64,000 nucleotides of DNA from Acidimicrobiales bacterium. GTDB lineage: Bacteria; Actinomycetota; Acidimicrobiia; Acidimicrobiales; SHLQ01. This document shows, in pieces, positions 1 to 9,317 of the stretch (the stretch's first letter is position 1; every line of letters begins with the position of its first letter). Location of the stretch: assembly GCA_020629635.1 (NCBI GenBank), contig JAHDCX010000016.1:34154-98153 (forward strand), read 5' to 3'. The notes under the pieces were generated by a model, which searched no databases, was not told where the DNA came from, and saw only the letters and a program-made list of their open reading frames with translations. The translations under genes and the position numbers were made by a program.

Positions 1-455
1 AACTGGAAGAGCAGCATGTAGAAGCTGCGCTGACGTTGTTCGAGCCCGGCCTTGCGGAAGGCGAGCGGATGCCCGACCGCCAGAGCCGCGAGTGAACGAA
101 CCCGGTCAGGGGAGAGCATCGCGGCGAGCCAACATGGCGGGGCACCCCAGTCGTGGCCGACAAGATGGGCCGATTCGATCTCGAGGGCGTCGAGGACCGA
201 CCCGATGTCTGCCATCGCATTGAACACGTGGTAGCCGCCGAGCTCGCCCGGGCGATCCGACTCGCCGAATCCGCGCTGGTCGTAGGTGACCGCCCGATAA
301 CCGGCGTCGATGAGCGCTGTGACCTGCGGACTCCAGACCGCGTGCGTGTCGGGCCAACCGTGCACGAGGACAATGGGGTCGCCGTCGTCGGGCCCATCGA
401 CATGCACCGACAGTTCGACCCCGTCCGCTGCAGCAATTCGTCGAGACACCGTCAT
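1..455 (-). CDS. alpha/beta-fold hydrolase (epoxide hydrolase/dehalogenase-like); 3' part lies outside the window
   Basis: Own translation of the minus strand from ATG at 455: MTVSRRIAAADGVELSVHVDGPDDGDPIVLVHGWPDTHAVWSPQ...AHLVGHDWGAP. It has the HGWP motif and a G-H-D-W-G nucleophile elbow. The frame stays open to position 1, so it is absent from the ORF track. Confidence 0.75.
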   Translation of the reverse strand, partial: MTVSRRIAAADGVELSVHVDGPDDGDPIVLVHGWPDTHAVWSPQVTALIDAGYRAVTYDQRGFGESDRPGELGGYHVFNAMADIGSVLDALEIESAHLVGHDWGAPPCWLAAMLSPDRVRSLAALAVGHPLAFRKAGLEQRQRSFYMLLFQ

Positions 456-519
456 GGGCCGACCCTAGCCACCGCCACTGCGCCAAAGCGCCCCGATCGA
501 TCGTGATCGAGGCGCTGTT

Positions 520-615
520 TGGCGGAGGTGGACGGGAATCGAACCCGCCGTACGGGGATCGCCCGTACCGCCCGCTTTGAAGGCGGGGGAGCCCACCAGG
601 TACTCAGACACCTCC
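520..615 (-). tRNA. selC: tRNA-Sec (anticodon UCA), 96 nt with encoded CCA
   Basis: Minus-strand sequence: GGAGGTGT CT GAGTAC CTGGT GGGCTC C CCCGC CTTCAAA GCGGG CG GTACGGG CGATC CCCGTAC G GCGGG TTCGATT CCCGT CCACCTCC G CCA. The anticodon loop CUUCAAA gives anticodon UCA. The variable arm is long (7-bp stem), the D stem is extended, the acceptor is 7-8 bp and the discriminator is G. selA and selB are present in the same window. Confidence 0.85.
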
Positions 616-1116
616 GCTCGGCAGGGTATCTGCCGCCGGTCGGCGCATCACCACCTGCGTGTCGACGACTGCGAGGCCAGCGCGCTCCATGTTCCGCTGC
701 GACACGGACTCTGGTTCGGCGGTGGCAGCCACCCAGCGACACCCGAGCCGATCTGCAACGGCGATCCGGTGCGCCAGCAACGCCGATTGGGCGCCCCGGC
801 CGCGAGCTGACGGCAGAGTGCCCGCCCCGCCGAACCAGCCGATGTCTTCAACGACGATCAGCGAAGCGGCGGCGACAGGCTCGTCACCGCATCAACCTCC
901 TCGATGCGGATCTGTGGACCGTCAGCCCCCGGATTCGGGGCCCAGCGTCCACAGATCCCACGTGGGTCGGCGGCAAGAACAGCTCGGGGGCAGGCCGGGC
1001 TCCTCGAACAGCTCGATCACCTGTGCCCCATCGAGATGGTTGGCGGTCCGGCGAAGCAGTTCGGCTTCGGAGGCATGCACCTCGTCCACCAACACTTCGC
1101 CGGACCGCTGCTCCAT
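604..1116 (-). pseudogene. GNAT-family N-acetyltransferase ORF interrupted by two in-frame TGA codons (probable pseudogene)
   Basis: A single frame runs from ATG 1116 to TGA 604 (171 codons). The C-terminal half reads GDEPVAAASLIVVEDIGWFGGAGTLPSARGRGAQSALLAHRIAVADRLGCRWVAATAEPESVSQRNMERAGL, which contains the GNAT motif A R-G-R-G. In-frame TGA codons lie at 922-924 and 892-894. The last 12 nt overlap the 5' end of tRNA-Sec. Confidence 0.55.
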
Positions 1117-1125
1117 GGGGGAACG

Positions 1126-3315
1126 CTAGGCGGTCAACGCGTGCTCGCTGGGCGTGGTCGAGCCCTCGCCTTCGAGATCGATCGTCGGAAGCAGACGGTC
1201 GAGCCATCCCGGCAGCCACCAGTTGCGGTCGCCGAGGAGCTTCATCGTGGCGGGCACGAGCACCATCCGAACGATCGACGCGTCGACGAAGATCGCCGTT
1301 GCCAGGCCGAGGCCGAACATCTTCGTGGTGGGGTCGGTGCTGGTCACGAAGCCGAGGAAGACCGAGATCATGATCAGCGCAGCCGACGTGATGACCCGGG
1401 CGGTGCCAGCGAGCCCCTCGATGACCGAGCGATCGTTGTTGCGAGTCTTGTCGTACTCCTCGCGCACCCGGCTGAGCAGGAACACCTCGTAGTCCATCGA
1501 CAGGCCAAAGAGGATGGCGAACATGAACATCGGGATGAACGACACGATCGGCACGGTCGTCTCGAGGCCGATCAGTTCCTTCGCCCATCCCCATTGGAAC
1601 ACCATGACGAGCAGTCCGTAGCTCGCGCCGATCGACAGCAGATTGAGCACTGCCGCCTTGAGCGCGACGAGCGGTGAGCGGAAGACCGCCGTCAGCAAAA
1701 GGAACGAGACGACGATGACGGCCCCGACGAGATAGGGAAGCCGGTCGGTGATGCGATCCGCGATGTCGCCGAATCCGGCGTTGAGTCCGCCGACGTGCGC
1801 AGTCGCCGCACTGTCGGCGAGCACGTCGGGGAAGACGTCGCTGCGAAGTCGGGCAATCGTCTCCGACGTCGCATCATCCTGCGGTGCGGTCGTGGGGATG
1901 GCGATGATGCTCGCCACGCCAGTGGCCGCGTCGACCTCGGGCGGCGCGGCGAACGCGATACCCGGGTCGTCGGTGATCGCCATCGCCAGGTCGCCGGCAA
2001 CCGAAGGATCGTCTGCGAGGTCGACGGCGATGACCAACGGACCGTTCGTGCCCGGGCCGAAGCCCTCGGCAACGAGGTCGTAGGCCCGCCGTTCGGTCCG
2101 CGAGTCGGGCAGGGTGCCTTCGTCCGGAAAGCCGAGCTGCAGCGCGAGCACGGGGGCGGTGAGCGCGAGCAGCAGCCCGGTGACCCCGATCGTGTACGCC
2201 CATGCGTGGTTGGCGACGTGCTGGCCCCACCGGTGCCAGCGGTCGCTGGCAGCGCCGTCGGCCTTCTTGCGTCCGATCGACCACTTGTCGATGCGATGTC
2301 CGACCACCCCGAGGAAGGCGGGGACCAGGGTGATGGCCGCAACGACCATGATCAACACGATGACCGAGGTCGCCACCCCAGCGGCGGTCACGAAGGGCAC
2401 GCCAGACACGGCCAGACCGAGGATGGCGATCACGACGGTGCCGCCGGCGAAGATCACCGCACGTCCGGCCGTCGACACGGCCCGGCCGACCGCGTCGGGC
2501 ACAGCCAATCCCGATTGGAGCAGCTCGCGATGGCGGGTGATCAAGAAGAGCGCGTAGTCGATGCCGACACCGAGGCCGACCATGCTGGCGATCTGCGGAG
2601 CCCACGACGGGATCTCGATGACGTGCGCAACGAGCGACAACGACGACACGCCGACCACGAGTCCGAAGATCGCGACGCCGATCGGCAAACCCATGGCGAT
2701 GATCGAGCCGAAGGCGATCAACAACACGATCACTGCGGCGATCAGCCCGATCATCTCGCCAGTACCCGTCTCGGGTTCTTCGAAGGAGAAGCTCAACTCG
2801 CCGCCCATCTCGACCTGCAACGGTGTTGTCGCCCGAGCCTCGGCGACGGCCTCCTTCAGGGCGTCGAGGTCGGCGATGCTCAGCTCTTCGATCTGCGGGT
2901 ACTGAATGCGCAACAGCGCGATTCGACCGTCGGCAGAAACGGTGCCCCCTGTGGCGCCCGCGGCCGCTTCGCCCGCGGCATCGCTGACGCCGATGACGTT
3001 GTCGAGCGCTTCGATCGATGCTTGGACCTCGCCGAGCGCCTCGGCGGAGCTGGCGTCGTTCACGAAGTCCGCAGCCGGATCGAGTGGCGTCAGCACCACC
3101 TGCGCGGTGAGCCCGCCCGACGTATTGCCTGCCTCGGCGAGCAGATCGGTCGCCTCCTGAGAGTCGAGGCCCGGTACCTCGAATGAGTCTTCGAGCTCGG
3201 CGCCCTGGGTCGCCGCCAAGCCGACCACGAGGGCCGCCGCGACAAACCAGGCGCCGATGACGAGCCACGGTCGGGTCGCCGACCCGTGGCCCAATCGGTA
3301 GAGCAGTGATGACAT
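1126..3315 (-). CDS. MMPL/RND-superfamily membrane transporter (MmpL-like)
   Basis: The product starts MSSLLYRLGHGSATRPWLVIGAWFVAAAL. It has two 6-TM blocks with large extracytoplasmic loops. ATG at 3315 is preceded by GGAGG, whereas the track start at 3375 lacks an RBS. Confidence 0.85.
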   Translation of the reverse strand: MSSLLYRLGHGSATRPWLVIGAWFVAAALVVGLAATQGAELEDSFEVPGLDSQEATDLLAEAGNTSGGLTAQVVLTPLDPAADFVNDASSAEALGEVQASIEALDNVIGVSDAAGEAAAGATGGTVSADGRIALLRIQYPQIEELSIADLDALKEAVAEARATTPLQVEMGGELSFSFEEPETGTGEMIGLIAAVIVLLIAFGSIIAMGLPIGVAIFGLVVGVSSLSLVAHVIEIPSWAPQIASMVGLGVGIDYALFLITRHRELLQSGLAVPDAVGRAVSTAGRAVIFAGGTVVIAILGLAVSGVPFVTAAGVATSVIVLIMVVAAITLVPAFLGVVGHRIDKWSIGRKKADGAASDRWHRWGQHVANHAWAYTIGVTGLLLALTAPVLALQLGFPDEGTLPDSRTERRAYDLVAEGFGPGTNGPLVIAVDLADDPSVAGDLAMAITDDPGIAFAAPPEVDAATGVASIIAIPTTAPQDDATSETIARLRSDVFPDVLADSAATAHVGGLNAGFGDIADRITDRLPYLVGAVIVVSFLLLTAVFRSPLVALKAAVLNLLSIGASYGLLVMVFQWGWAKELIGLETTVPIVSFIPMFMFAILFGLSMDYEVFLLSRVREEYDKTRNNDRSVIEGLAGTARVITSAALIMISVFLGFVTSTDPTTKMFGLGLATAIFVDASIVRMVLVPATMKLLGDRNWWLPGWLDRLLPTIDLEGEGSTTPSEHALTA

Positions 3316-3402
3316 GGTTCCTCCGTCCAAAGGGTTGACGAAGGTCATCGTGAAGAGGCACGGCTCGGCGCACATCGGCGATCCGGCCAGACGTTCTCGC
3401 CC

Positions 3403-3421
3403 GATCGACTACTTGTCGATC
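3403..3421. promoter_or_regulatory. perfect palindrome GATCGAC-n5-GTCGATC in the divergent MmpL / two-component intergenic region
   Basis: Read directly from the sequence: 7-bp arms with a 5-bp spacer. It lies 50 nt upstream of the kinase ATG. An operator role is inference only. Confidence 0.25.
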
Positions 3422-3470
3422 AGCCTTTCGGCCGATCGATCAGGCGACGTGGTTTCCGTATCGTTGATGC

Positions 3471-4643
3471 ATGGCCGCCGCGATCCGTCGACTCTTCAAC
3501 GAGCCGCGACCGGGCGACGTCCCCGGTCGGCATCGGTGGGACTGGCTGTTGGCATTCGGCTTCTGCGTTGCCGTGGCCATCGAGTTGGCGCTGCGAGAAG
3601 CCACCCCGTGGAAACCGCTGCTCATCGCGGTGTGGTCGCCGTTTGCGTTCACGCTGCTGCTCCGCCGCACGCGGCCATTGCTCGCACTCACGATGCTCAT
3701 GGTGCCGCTGACGATCTTCGACATCCTTCTTGCCCGCCTCGATCAGCCACTCCCTGACGTCTACTCCTCAGCGTTTGCCCTGATCCTCGTGTACTCGGTG
3801 TTCCGCTGGGGTTCGGGCACCGAAATGAAGTGGGCGGCGGCCATCCTCACCACCGCGGTGCTCGTCGATGCCGCCGCGGGCTTCGCCTCGATCGGCGACA
3901 TGATCGGCGGGTTCGTCATCCTCGCCGCCACGGCCGAAGCGGGCATCGTCGTCAGACGTCAACGAGGTGTGGTCGAAGCCACCCGCGCCGATGCCCGATC
4001 ACGCGAGCGCGAACAGCTCGCCCGAGAGCTCCACGACACCGTCGCGCATCACATCTCGGCGATCGCCGTCCAAGCCCAGGCGGGACGCGCCGTGTTGGCC
4101 ACCGACCCCGAGCGCGCCACCTCCACGTTCGACGCGATCGAAGAGTCTGCCGCCCGCGCGTTGGCGGAAATGCGGGTCGTCGTCGACGTGCTCCGGAGCG
4201 ACGCACCGTGGGACCCCAGCCGCGGCGTCGACGATCTCGACCGGCTCGGCGTGGGGATGTCTCCGCCGCTCCGCATCGAGCGTCGAGGCGACCTCGATGG
4301 CCTACAACCTCAGGTGGAGGCGGCGATCTATCGGATCGCTCAAGAGTCGGTGACCAACGCGCACAAACACAGCGACTACGCAACCGAAGTCGTCGTCGAG
4401 CTCGACGGCGGGTCCGACCACATTCACCTGACGATCTCGAACGACGGCGCGCCGGTCGCCTTCCGCCCCGACATCGTCACCGGCCACGGACTGGTGGGCA
4501 TGGAAGAACGTGTCGAGCTCCTCGGTGGAACCTTCACCAGTGGACCACGACGAGGCGGTGGCTGGATGGTGGAGGTTCGCCTGCCACGCGATGCACGGCG
4601 AGTCAGCCGAGCGGCCGACGCCTCCTCGGCGGTGGACGCATGA
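3471..4643 (+). CDS. sensor histidine kinase, HisKA_3 (NarL-partner) type
   Basis: N-terminal TM helices are followed by the H-box ELHDTVAHHISAIAVQAQ and then HATPase motifs (QESVTNAHKH, DDG..., GHGLVGMEERV). The stop overlaps the downstream response regulator start (ATGA). Confidence 0.9.
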   Translation: MAAAIRRLFNEPRPGDVPGRHRWDWLLAFGFCVAVAIELALREATPWKPLLIAVWSPFAFTLLLRRTRPLLALTMLMVPLTIFDILLARLDQPLPDVYSSAFALILVYSVFRWGSGTEMKWAAAILTTAVLVDAAAGFASIGDMIGGFVILAATAEAGIVVRRQRGVVEATRADARSREREQLARELHDTVAHHISAIAVQAQAGRAVLATDPERATSTFDAIEESAARALAEMRVVVDVLRSDAPWDPSRGVDDLDRLGVGMSPPLRIERRGDLDGLQPQVEAAIYRIAQESVTNAHKHSDYATEVVVELDGGSDHIHLTISNDGAPVAFRPDIVTGHGLVGMEERVELLGGTFTSGPRRGGGWMVEVRLPRDARRVSRAADASSAVDA

Positions 4644-5296
4644 CGATCCGGGTGCTGGTCGCCGACGACCAGGACCTCATCCGGACTGGTCTCGTGATGA
4701 TCCTCGACGCCCAAGCAGGCATCGAGGTCGTCGGTGAGGCCCGCAATGGAGTCGAAGCGGTCGAGCTCGCCCAACAACTTCGGCCCGACGTGTGTTTGTT
4801 CGACATCCGGATGCCCGAGATGGATGGCGTCGAAGCCACCCGCCGCCTCGCCGGACCCGACGTCGACGATCCGATGGCGGTCGTCGTGATCACCACGTTC
4901 GATCTCGACGAGTACGTCCACGGCGCGCTCAAGGCCGGCGCACGAGGGTTCCTGCTGAAGGAGGCCGGGGCCGAGCTCCTCGTCCAGGCGATCGAAGCGG
5001 CCGCTCGCGGCGACGCCCTCATTGCGCCAAGCATCACCGTCCGGTTGCTGGATGCCTTCGCCGACACGCCCCTCGCCGCTCCCACCCAGCCGGTCGACGC
5101 ACTGACCGAACGAGAAGAGGAGGTGCTCGCCGTTGTCGCGGCAGGCCGGACAAACGCGGAGATCGCCGACGAGCTCTACATCAGCCTGAGCACGGTCAAG
5201 ACCCACCTCGCCAGCCTCATGCAGAAGCTCGGTGCCCGAAATCGTGTCGAGATGGCGATGTGGGCTTATGAGACCGGCCGCGCCAACGCTCGCTGA
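4640..5296 (+). CDS. NarL/LuxR-family response regulator
   Basis: The product starts MTIRVLVADDQDLIRTGL and continues ...DVCLFDIRMPEMDG (receiver domain). The C-terminal HTH reads LTEREEEVLAVVAAGRTNAEIADELYISLSTVKTH. The upstream part of track ORF 3830-5296 is a shadow frame over the kinase. Confidence 0.92.
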   Translation: MTIRVLVADDQDLIRTGLVMILDAQAGIEVVGEARNGVEAVELAQQLRPDVCLFDIRMPEMDGVEATRRLAGPDVDDPMAVVVITTFDLDEYVHGALKAGARGFLLKEAGAELLVQAIEAAARGDALIAPSITVRLLDAFADTPLAAPTQPVDALTEREEEVLAVVAAGRTNAEIADELYISLSTVKTHLASLMQKLGARNRVEMAMWAYETGRANAR

Positions 5297-6273
5297 ACCA
5301 TCGCCGGGTCGGCGTTGCCGCCGCTGATGACACAGATCACCGTGTCGCCCTCGATCTCGTCGGCGTGGAAGAGCGCCGCGGCCAGCGCCACCGCTCCCCC
5401 AGGTTCGGCGGCGATCTTCAACTCCGTGATGGCGACGGCCATCGCGGCCAGTGCTTCGTCATCGGAGACGGCGATGCCCGGCCCGCACAGGCGGCGAATG
5501 ATCGGGAAGGTCAGCTCTCCCGGTGACGGGGTGACGATGGCATCACAGATCGACTGCGGGGTCCCCGCAGGCACCGGCTCGCGGCGGCCCGACTCGATGG
5601 AGCGGCGAACATCGTCCCACCCCATCGGCTCGACAGGGCGCCCCCGAAGGCCGGGCGCATCGGCGGCAAGGGCGAGAGCGATACCGGACGTGAGCCCACC
5701 TCCGCCGCAGCAGACGATCACGTCGGCGGCCTCCACCCCAGCCGCCGTTGCCTGCTCGGCGATCTCCAGACCACACGTTCCCTGCCCGGCCATCACGTGC
5801 GGGTCGTCGTAGGGCCGGATCAGGTGGAGCCCACGTTCGACAGCCAACGTCTCACCGATCGCCTCTCGGCTTTCGCCGCCGGGACGGTCGTAGAGCACGA
5901 CCTCCGCACCGTAGGCGCGCGTGTTGTCGAGCTTGAGTGTCGGAGCGTCGCTGGGCATCACGATCACGGCCTCGACACCGGCGAGGGCAGCCGCCGCGGC
6001 GATTCCCTGCGCATGATTGCCAGACGAGTACGCCAGAACACCTCGGCCCGGATCGACGGCCTGAAGCGCCGTCACGGCCGACCATGCCCCACGGAACTTG
6101 AACGAGCCGGTCCGCTGCAACGACTCCGCCTTGACCAGCACCCGCCGTCCGACACGTTCGTTCAGGAGCCGATGTTCGATCAACGGCGTTCGGACTGCCT
6201 CGCCAGAGATACGAGCCTGCGCCGCTCGAATGTCGTCGACGGTGATCGCCTCGGGGGTCGTTGCGTCAGGCAT
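5266..6273 (-). CDS. PLP-dependent threonine/serine dehydratase (threonine ammonia-lyase family)
   Basis: The N-terminus ITVDDIRAAQARISGEAVRTPL is followed by the PLP-lysine motif KAESLQRTGSFKFRGA and a GGGGL glycine loop. The start is taken at MPDATT (6273); a GTG at 6306 is the alternative. Confidence 0.85.
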   Translation of the reverse strand: MPDATTPEAITVDDIRAAQARISGEAVRTPLIEHRLLNERVGRRVLVKAESLQRTGSFKFRGAWSAVTALQAVDPGRGVLAYSSGNHAQGIAAAAALAGVEAVIVMPSDAPTLKLDNTRAYGAEVVLYDRPGGESREAIGETLAVERGLHLIRPYDDPHVMAGQGTCGLEIAEQATAAGVEAADVIVCCGGGGLTSGIALALAADAPGLRGRPVEPMGWDDVRRSIESGRREPVPAGTPQSICDAIVTPSPGELTFPIIRRLCGPGIAVSDDEALAAMAVAITELKIAAEPGGAVALAAALFHADEIEGDTVICVISGGNADPAMVQRALARPVS

Positions 6274-6294
6274 GCGCCGCACGATACTGAGGGC

Positions 6295-6774
6295 ATGGTT
6301 CGCCACCCCGCTCGGCTCGTGATCCCGATCGCCATCGTGTTCGCGACAGTGCTCGTTTCGCCCGCGTCGGCTGCTCGGCTGCTCTCCAGCTCACCCGTCG
6401 ACGGCGCGCAGCTGTCCGAGCTCGAGGAGGTGTTCCTCGATTTCGATCGAATCATCGTCGACGACGACACCAACCGAATCACCGTTGTGCAGGACGACCG
6501 ACGCATCGAGCTGACGAACTTCACCTTCCCAGCCCCCGAGACGGTGCAGGCGCCCGTCACCGAGATGTTGCTATCCGGAGGTCACACCCTCGAATGGTCG
6601 ATCCTGACGGCGGATGGCGAACGCAACGAAGGCACGCTCGAGTTCACGATCAACGACCCCGGTCAGCGGCTCGCTGGCGGCATCATCGCCGCGTTCTTCA
6701 TCGCTGTAGTGACCGGCGGGATGTTGTTCGCCGTGCGCAGTGCTGATCGTCGACGGCGACCCAACCGAAACTGA
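6295..6774 (+). CDS. CopC-domain-like secreted/membrane-anchored protein
   Basis: A signal peptide (ends ...LVSPASAA) is followed by LLSSSPVDGAQLSELEEVFLDFD...GGHTLEWSILTADGERNEGTLEFTI, which has a CopC-like layout, and then a C-terminal TM helix. The canonical N-terminal His and the DGH motif are not conserved. Confidence 0.55.
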   Translation: MVRHPARLVIPIAIVFATVLVSPASAARLLSSSPVDGAQLSELEEVFLDFDRIIVDDDTNRITVVQDDRRIELTNFTFPAPETVQAPVTEMLLSGGHTLEWSILTADGERNEGTLEFTINDPGQRLAGGIIAAFFIAVVTGGMLFAVRSADRRRRPNRN

Positions 6775-6813
6775 CCGCGTCCGGTCACGTTGGTGTCTGA
6801 CCCCGAAGTGACC

Positions 6814-7977
6814 TCAGACGGCGAGGAGGTCGCGGGCTCCGGTGTCGGAGCTGGGGTGACGCAGCTTCGACATGGCCCGCGCTTCGATCTGGCGAATGCG
6901 CTCACGGGTCAGGTTGAAGTGCTCGCCCACCTCTTCGAGGGTGCGAGGCTCGCCCCGGTCGAGACCGAAGCGGAGCTTCAGGATCTCGCGCTCACGCTCG
7001 TCGAGCGGTGACAGCAGTCGGCTGATCTCCTCGGGAAGCAACGCGGTCGCGGCCACCTCGAAGGGAGAGTCGGCCGAGCGATCCTCGACGACATCGCCGA
7101 GTTCGGCGTCGCCGTCCTCACGGAGCGGCTCCGATAGCGAAAGTGGCTCGGCCGCGAAGCGCAGCGCCTCGGTGACCTTGTCCTCGGGGAGTTCGACTTC
7201 TTTCGACAGCTCCGAAAGCGTCGCCGGGCGGCCCAGCTTCAGCTCCAAGCGGGAGCGGGCCTTCTGGAGTCGGGTGAGGGTGTCGCCGGCGTGAACCGGC
7301 AGACGAATCGTTCGACCCGTGTTCGCGATACCGCGGGTGATCGCCTGGCGGATCCACCACGTGGCATACGTCGAGAACTTGAAGCCCTTCCGCCAGTCGA
7401 ACTTCTCGACGGCGTGCATGAGGCCGAGGTTGCCTTCCTGGATCAGATCGAGGAGTGGCAGACCCGACGCTTGGTACTTCTTCGCGATCGACACGACGAG
7501 ACGAAGGTTCGACTGCACGAAGGTGCGCTCGGCTTCTTCGCCTCGACGGAGGTCCCGGTTCAATTCACGACGCTTTGCGGCGGTGAGATCCGTTCCCGGG
7601 TCGTCGAGGGCCGTGCGGGCCTCGACGCCCTTCTCGATCGCCTGCGCCAGCCGGACCTCATCGTCCTTCGTGAGCAGCGGATACTGCCCAATGTCGGTCA
7701 GATAAAGCCGGACAAGATCTTCTTCATCCCGCTCGACACGCTCTTTCGCCAAGAGGACACCCCATTCTCGACTGGATTCCAGCCCACGTTCGTTGTGGAA
7801 GTGATCGGCATATGGACCACTCCTCGTGAGCAGATGTTTCGACCGACCGATCGCTGTACTGAAGTCAAACCCTACCGATCGCGCGGCCGTCCGGCACCGC
7901 GTCAATGACCGATTTCGATCAGAGGCGTCCAATGCCACGCCCCGTGGCAAATGTGACAGGATGATGTCGAATTTCAA
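6814..7977 (-). CDS. RpoD-family sigma-70 factor (group 1/2)
   Basis: Region 2 reads [59 protein letters not shown]. Region 4 reads [28 protein letters not shown]. The true start is probably internal (in-frame TTG at 7752, giving [18 protein letters not shown]), which would leave a ~250-nt lower-GC leader. Confidence 0.9.
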   Translation of the reverse strand: MKFDIILSHLPRGVALDASDRNRSLTRCRTAARSVGFDFSTAIGRSKHLLTRSGPYADHFHNERGLESSREWGVLLAKERVERDEEDLVRLYLTDIGQYPLLTKDDEVRLAQAIEKGVEARTALDDPGTDLTAAKRRELNRDLRRGEEAERTFVQSNLRLVVSIAKKYQASGLPLLDLIQEGNLGLMHAVEKFDWRKGFKFSTYATWWIRQAITRGIANTGRTIRLPVHAGDTLTRLQKARSRLELKLGRPATLSELSKEVELPEDKVTEALRFAAEPLSLSEPLREDGDAELGDVVEDRSADSPFEVAATALLPEEISRLLSPLDEREREILKLRFGLDRGEPRTLEEVGEHFNLTRERIRQIEARAMSKLRHPSSDTGARDLLAV

Positions 7978-8009
7978 GAACTCGACATTCCTCGACGATC
8001 GAAACGGCC

Positions 8010-9317
8010 ATGCTGAGCGCTGCTGACGCCTCTCACCTCTTACGAAGAGCGGGATTCGGTGGTCGCGCCGCGGAGATCGCGGCGTTCACCGGCCTGACTC
8101 GGGAGGCCGCAGTCGATCGACTCCTCGAACCCTCCGCCACCGACGCGCTCCCGGAGTGGTCGACGTTCGCCGACGAGCGACGAGGCGTCGAGCTGGCCAA
8201 CGTCCGGAATCACTGGATCGATCGAATGATCGCCAGTCCGCCCTCGCTGGCCGAGAAGATGGTGCTCTTCTGGCACGACCACTTCGCCACCGGGTACTCG
8301 GGCGTTCAGCTTCCGCAGCTCATGTGGGACCAGAACGTCATCTTCCGCACGCATGGTCTCGGGTCGTTCCGAGACCTGCTCGGGGCCGCCTCTTATGACG
8401 CGGCAATGCTGCGATGGCTCGACAACCGCACCAACATCGCCGGCCGCGAACAGGAGAACTTCGCTCGCGAACTGATGGAGTTGTTCACCGTCGGGAACGG
8501 CCGCTTCGACGAAACCGACGTCGTCGCCATGGCCCGTGCCTGGACCGGCCACAACGTGGCCGGGCGGGCCGACGGACGTTCCGACTACGACGCAGCCCAG
8601 TACTTGTTCCGCCCGGATCGTCACGACGACGGCGACAAGACCCTCTTCGGCATCACCCGCAACTGGGACGCCGAAGCCACCCTCGACGAGCTCTGTTTCG
8701 GGTCGAAGGCGACGGCAACGGCCGATTACCTGAGTCGCAAACTGTTCGGCTTCTTCGTCCATCGGTCGCCCTCCGAGGAGGTCATCGCATCGCTCGCCAC
8801 GTCGTTTCGGGCGAGTGGTCTCGACATCACCTCGCTGGTCCGAGAGATCCTCCTGCTCGACGAGTTCTGGGATCCGACCACCCGTTACCGGCTCGTCAAG
8901 ACCCCCGCGGAGTACGTCGTCGACCTCTTCCGGCGATGCGAGCTGACGACCGCAGACCACAACGCGCACGCTCGAATGCGCGACATGGGCATGACGCTGT
9001 TCGAGCCGCCGAACGTCGCCGGGTGGGGAGCGAACGGCTACTGGCTCCACAACCGCGCCGCATGGACGAAAGCGAATCTCGGGACCTGGCTCCGGGGTCG
9101 CGCCCCGACGTTTGGCTATCTCCAGGGCCTCGACGGCCTGTCCGCCGAGCAGGTCGTCGACGAGATCCTGATCTTCCTCGGCCTCGTCGAGGTCTCCCCC
9201 CAGTCGCGGGCCCATGTCCGAACCCTCGTCGATCGCCTCCTGCGCGACTACCCGAACTGGCTCAACCGAGAGCCGATCATGATCGGCTTGTCGATCCCGG
9301 AGGTGCAGTGCGCATGA
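8010..9317 (+). CDS. DUF1800 family protein
   Basis: The N-terminus ASHLLRRAGFGG... and the WHDHFAT motif are typical of DUF1800. The gene is ATGA-coupled to a DUF1501 partner, which is the canonical pairing. Confidence 0.8.
   Translation: MLSAADASHLLRRAGFGGRAAEIAAFTGLTREAAVDRLLEPSATDALPEWSTFADERRGVELANVRNHWIDRMIASPPSLAEKMVLFWHDHFATGYSGVQLPQLMWDQNVIFRTHGLGSFRDLLGAASYDAAMLRWLDNRTNIAGREQENFARELMELFTVGNGRFDETDVVAMARAWTGHNVAGRADGRSDYDAAQYLFRPDRHDDGDKTLFGITRNWDAEATLDELCFGSKATATADYLSRKLFGFFVHRSPSEEVIASLATSFRASGLDITSLVREILLLDEFWDPTTRYRLVKTPAEYVVDLFRRCELTTADHNAHARMRDMGMTLFEPPNVAGWGANGYWLHNRAAWTKANLGTWLRGRAPTFGYLQGLDGLSAEQVVDEILIFLGLVEVSPQSRAHVRTLVDRLLRDYPNWLNREPIMIGLSIPEVQCA

Noticed and set aside
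1795-3373. Long ORFs on both strands overlapping the MmpL gene (463 aa + strand, 499 aa - strand in another frame)
   Set aside because: Their translations are Arg/Asp/Gly/His-rich and lack TM segments. The MmpL frame has coherent TM topology and an RBS.
3830-4639. N-terminal 270 aa of the 488-aa ORF that ends as the response regulator
   Set aside because: This part overlaps the histidine kinase in another frame and is Arg-rich junk. The receiver domain starts at MTIRVLVADD (ATG 4640), which overlaps the kinase stop. Similar upstream extensions were trimmed for track ORFs 8414-10708, 20642-21310, 24934-26115, 30735-32723, 39169-40548, 39975-41531, 44959-46893 and 52028-52783.
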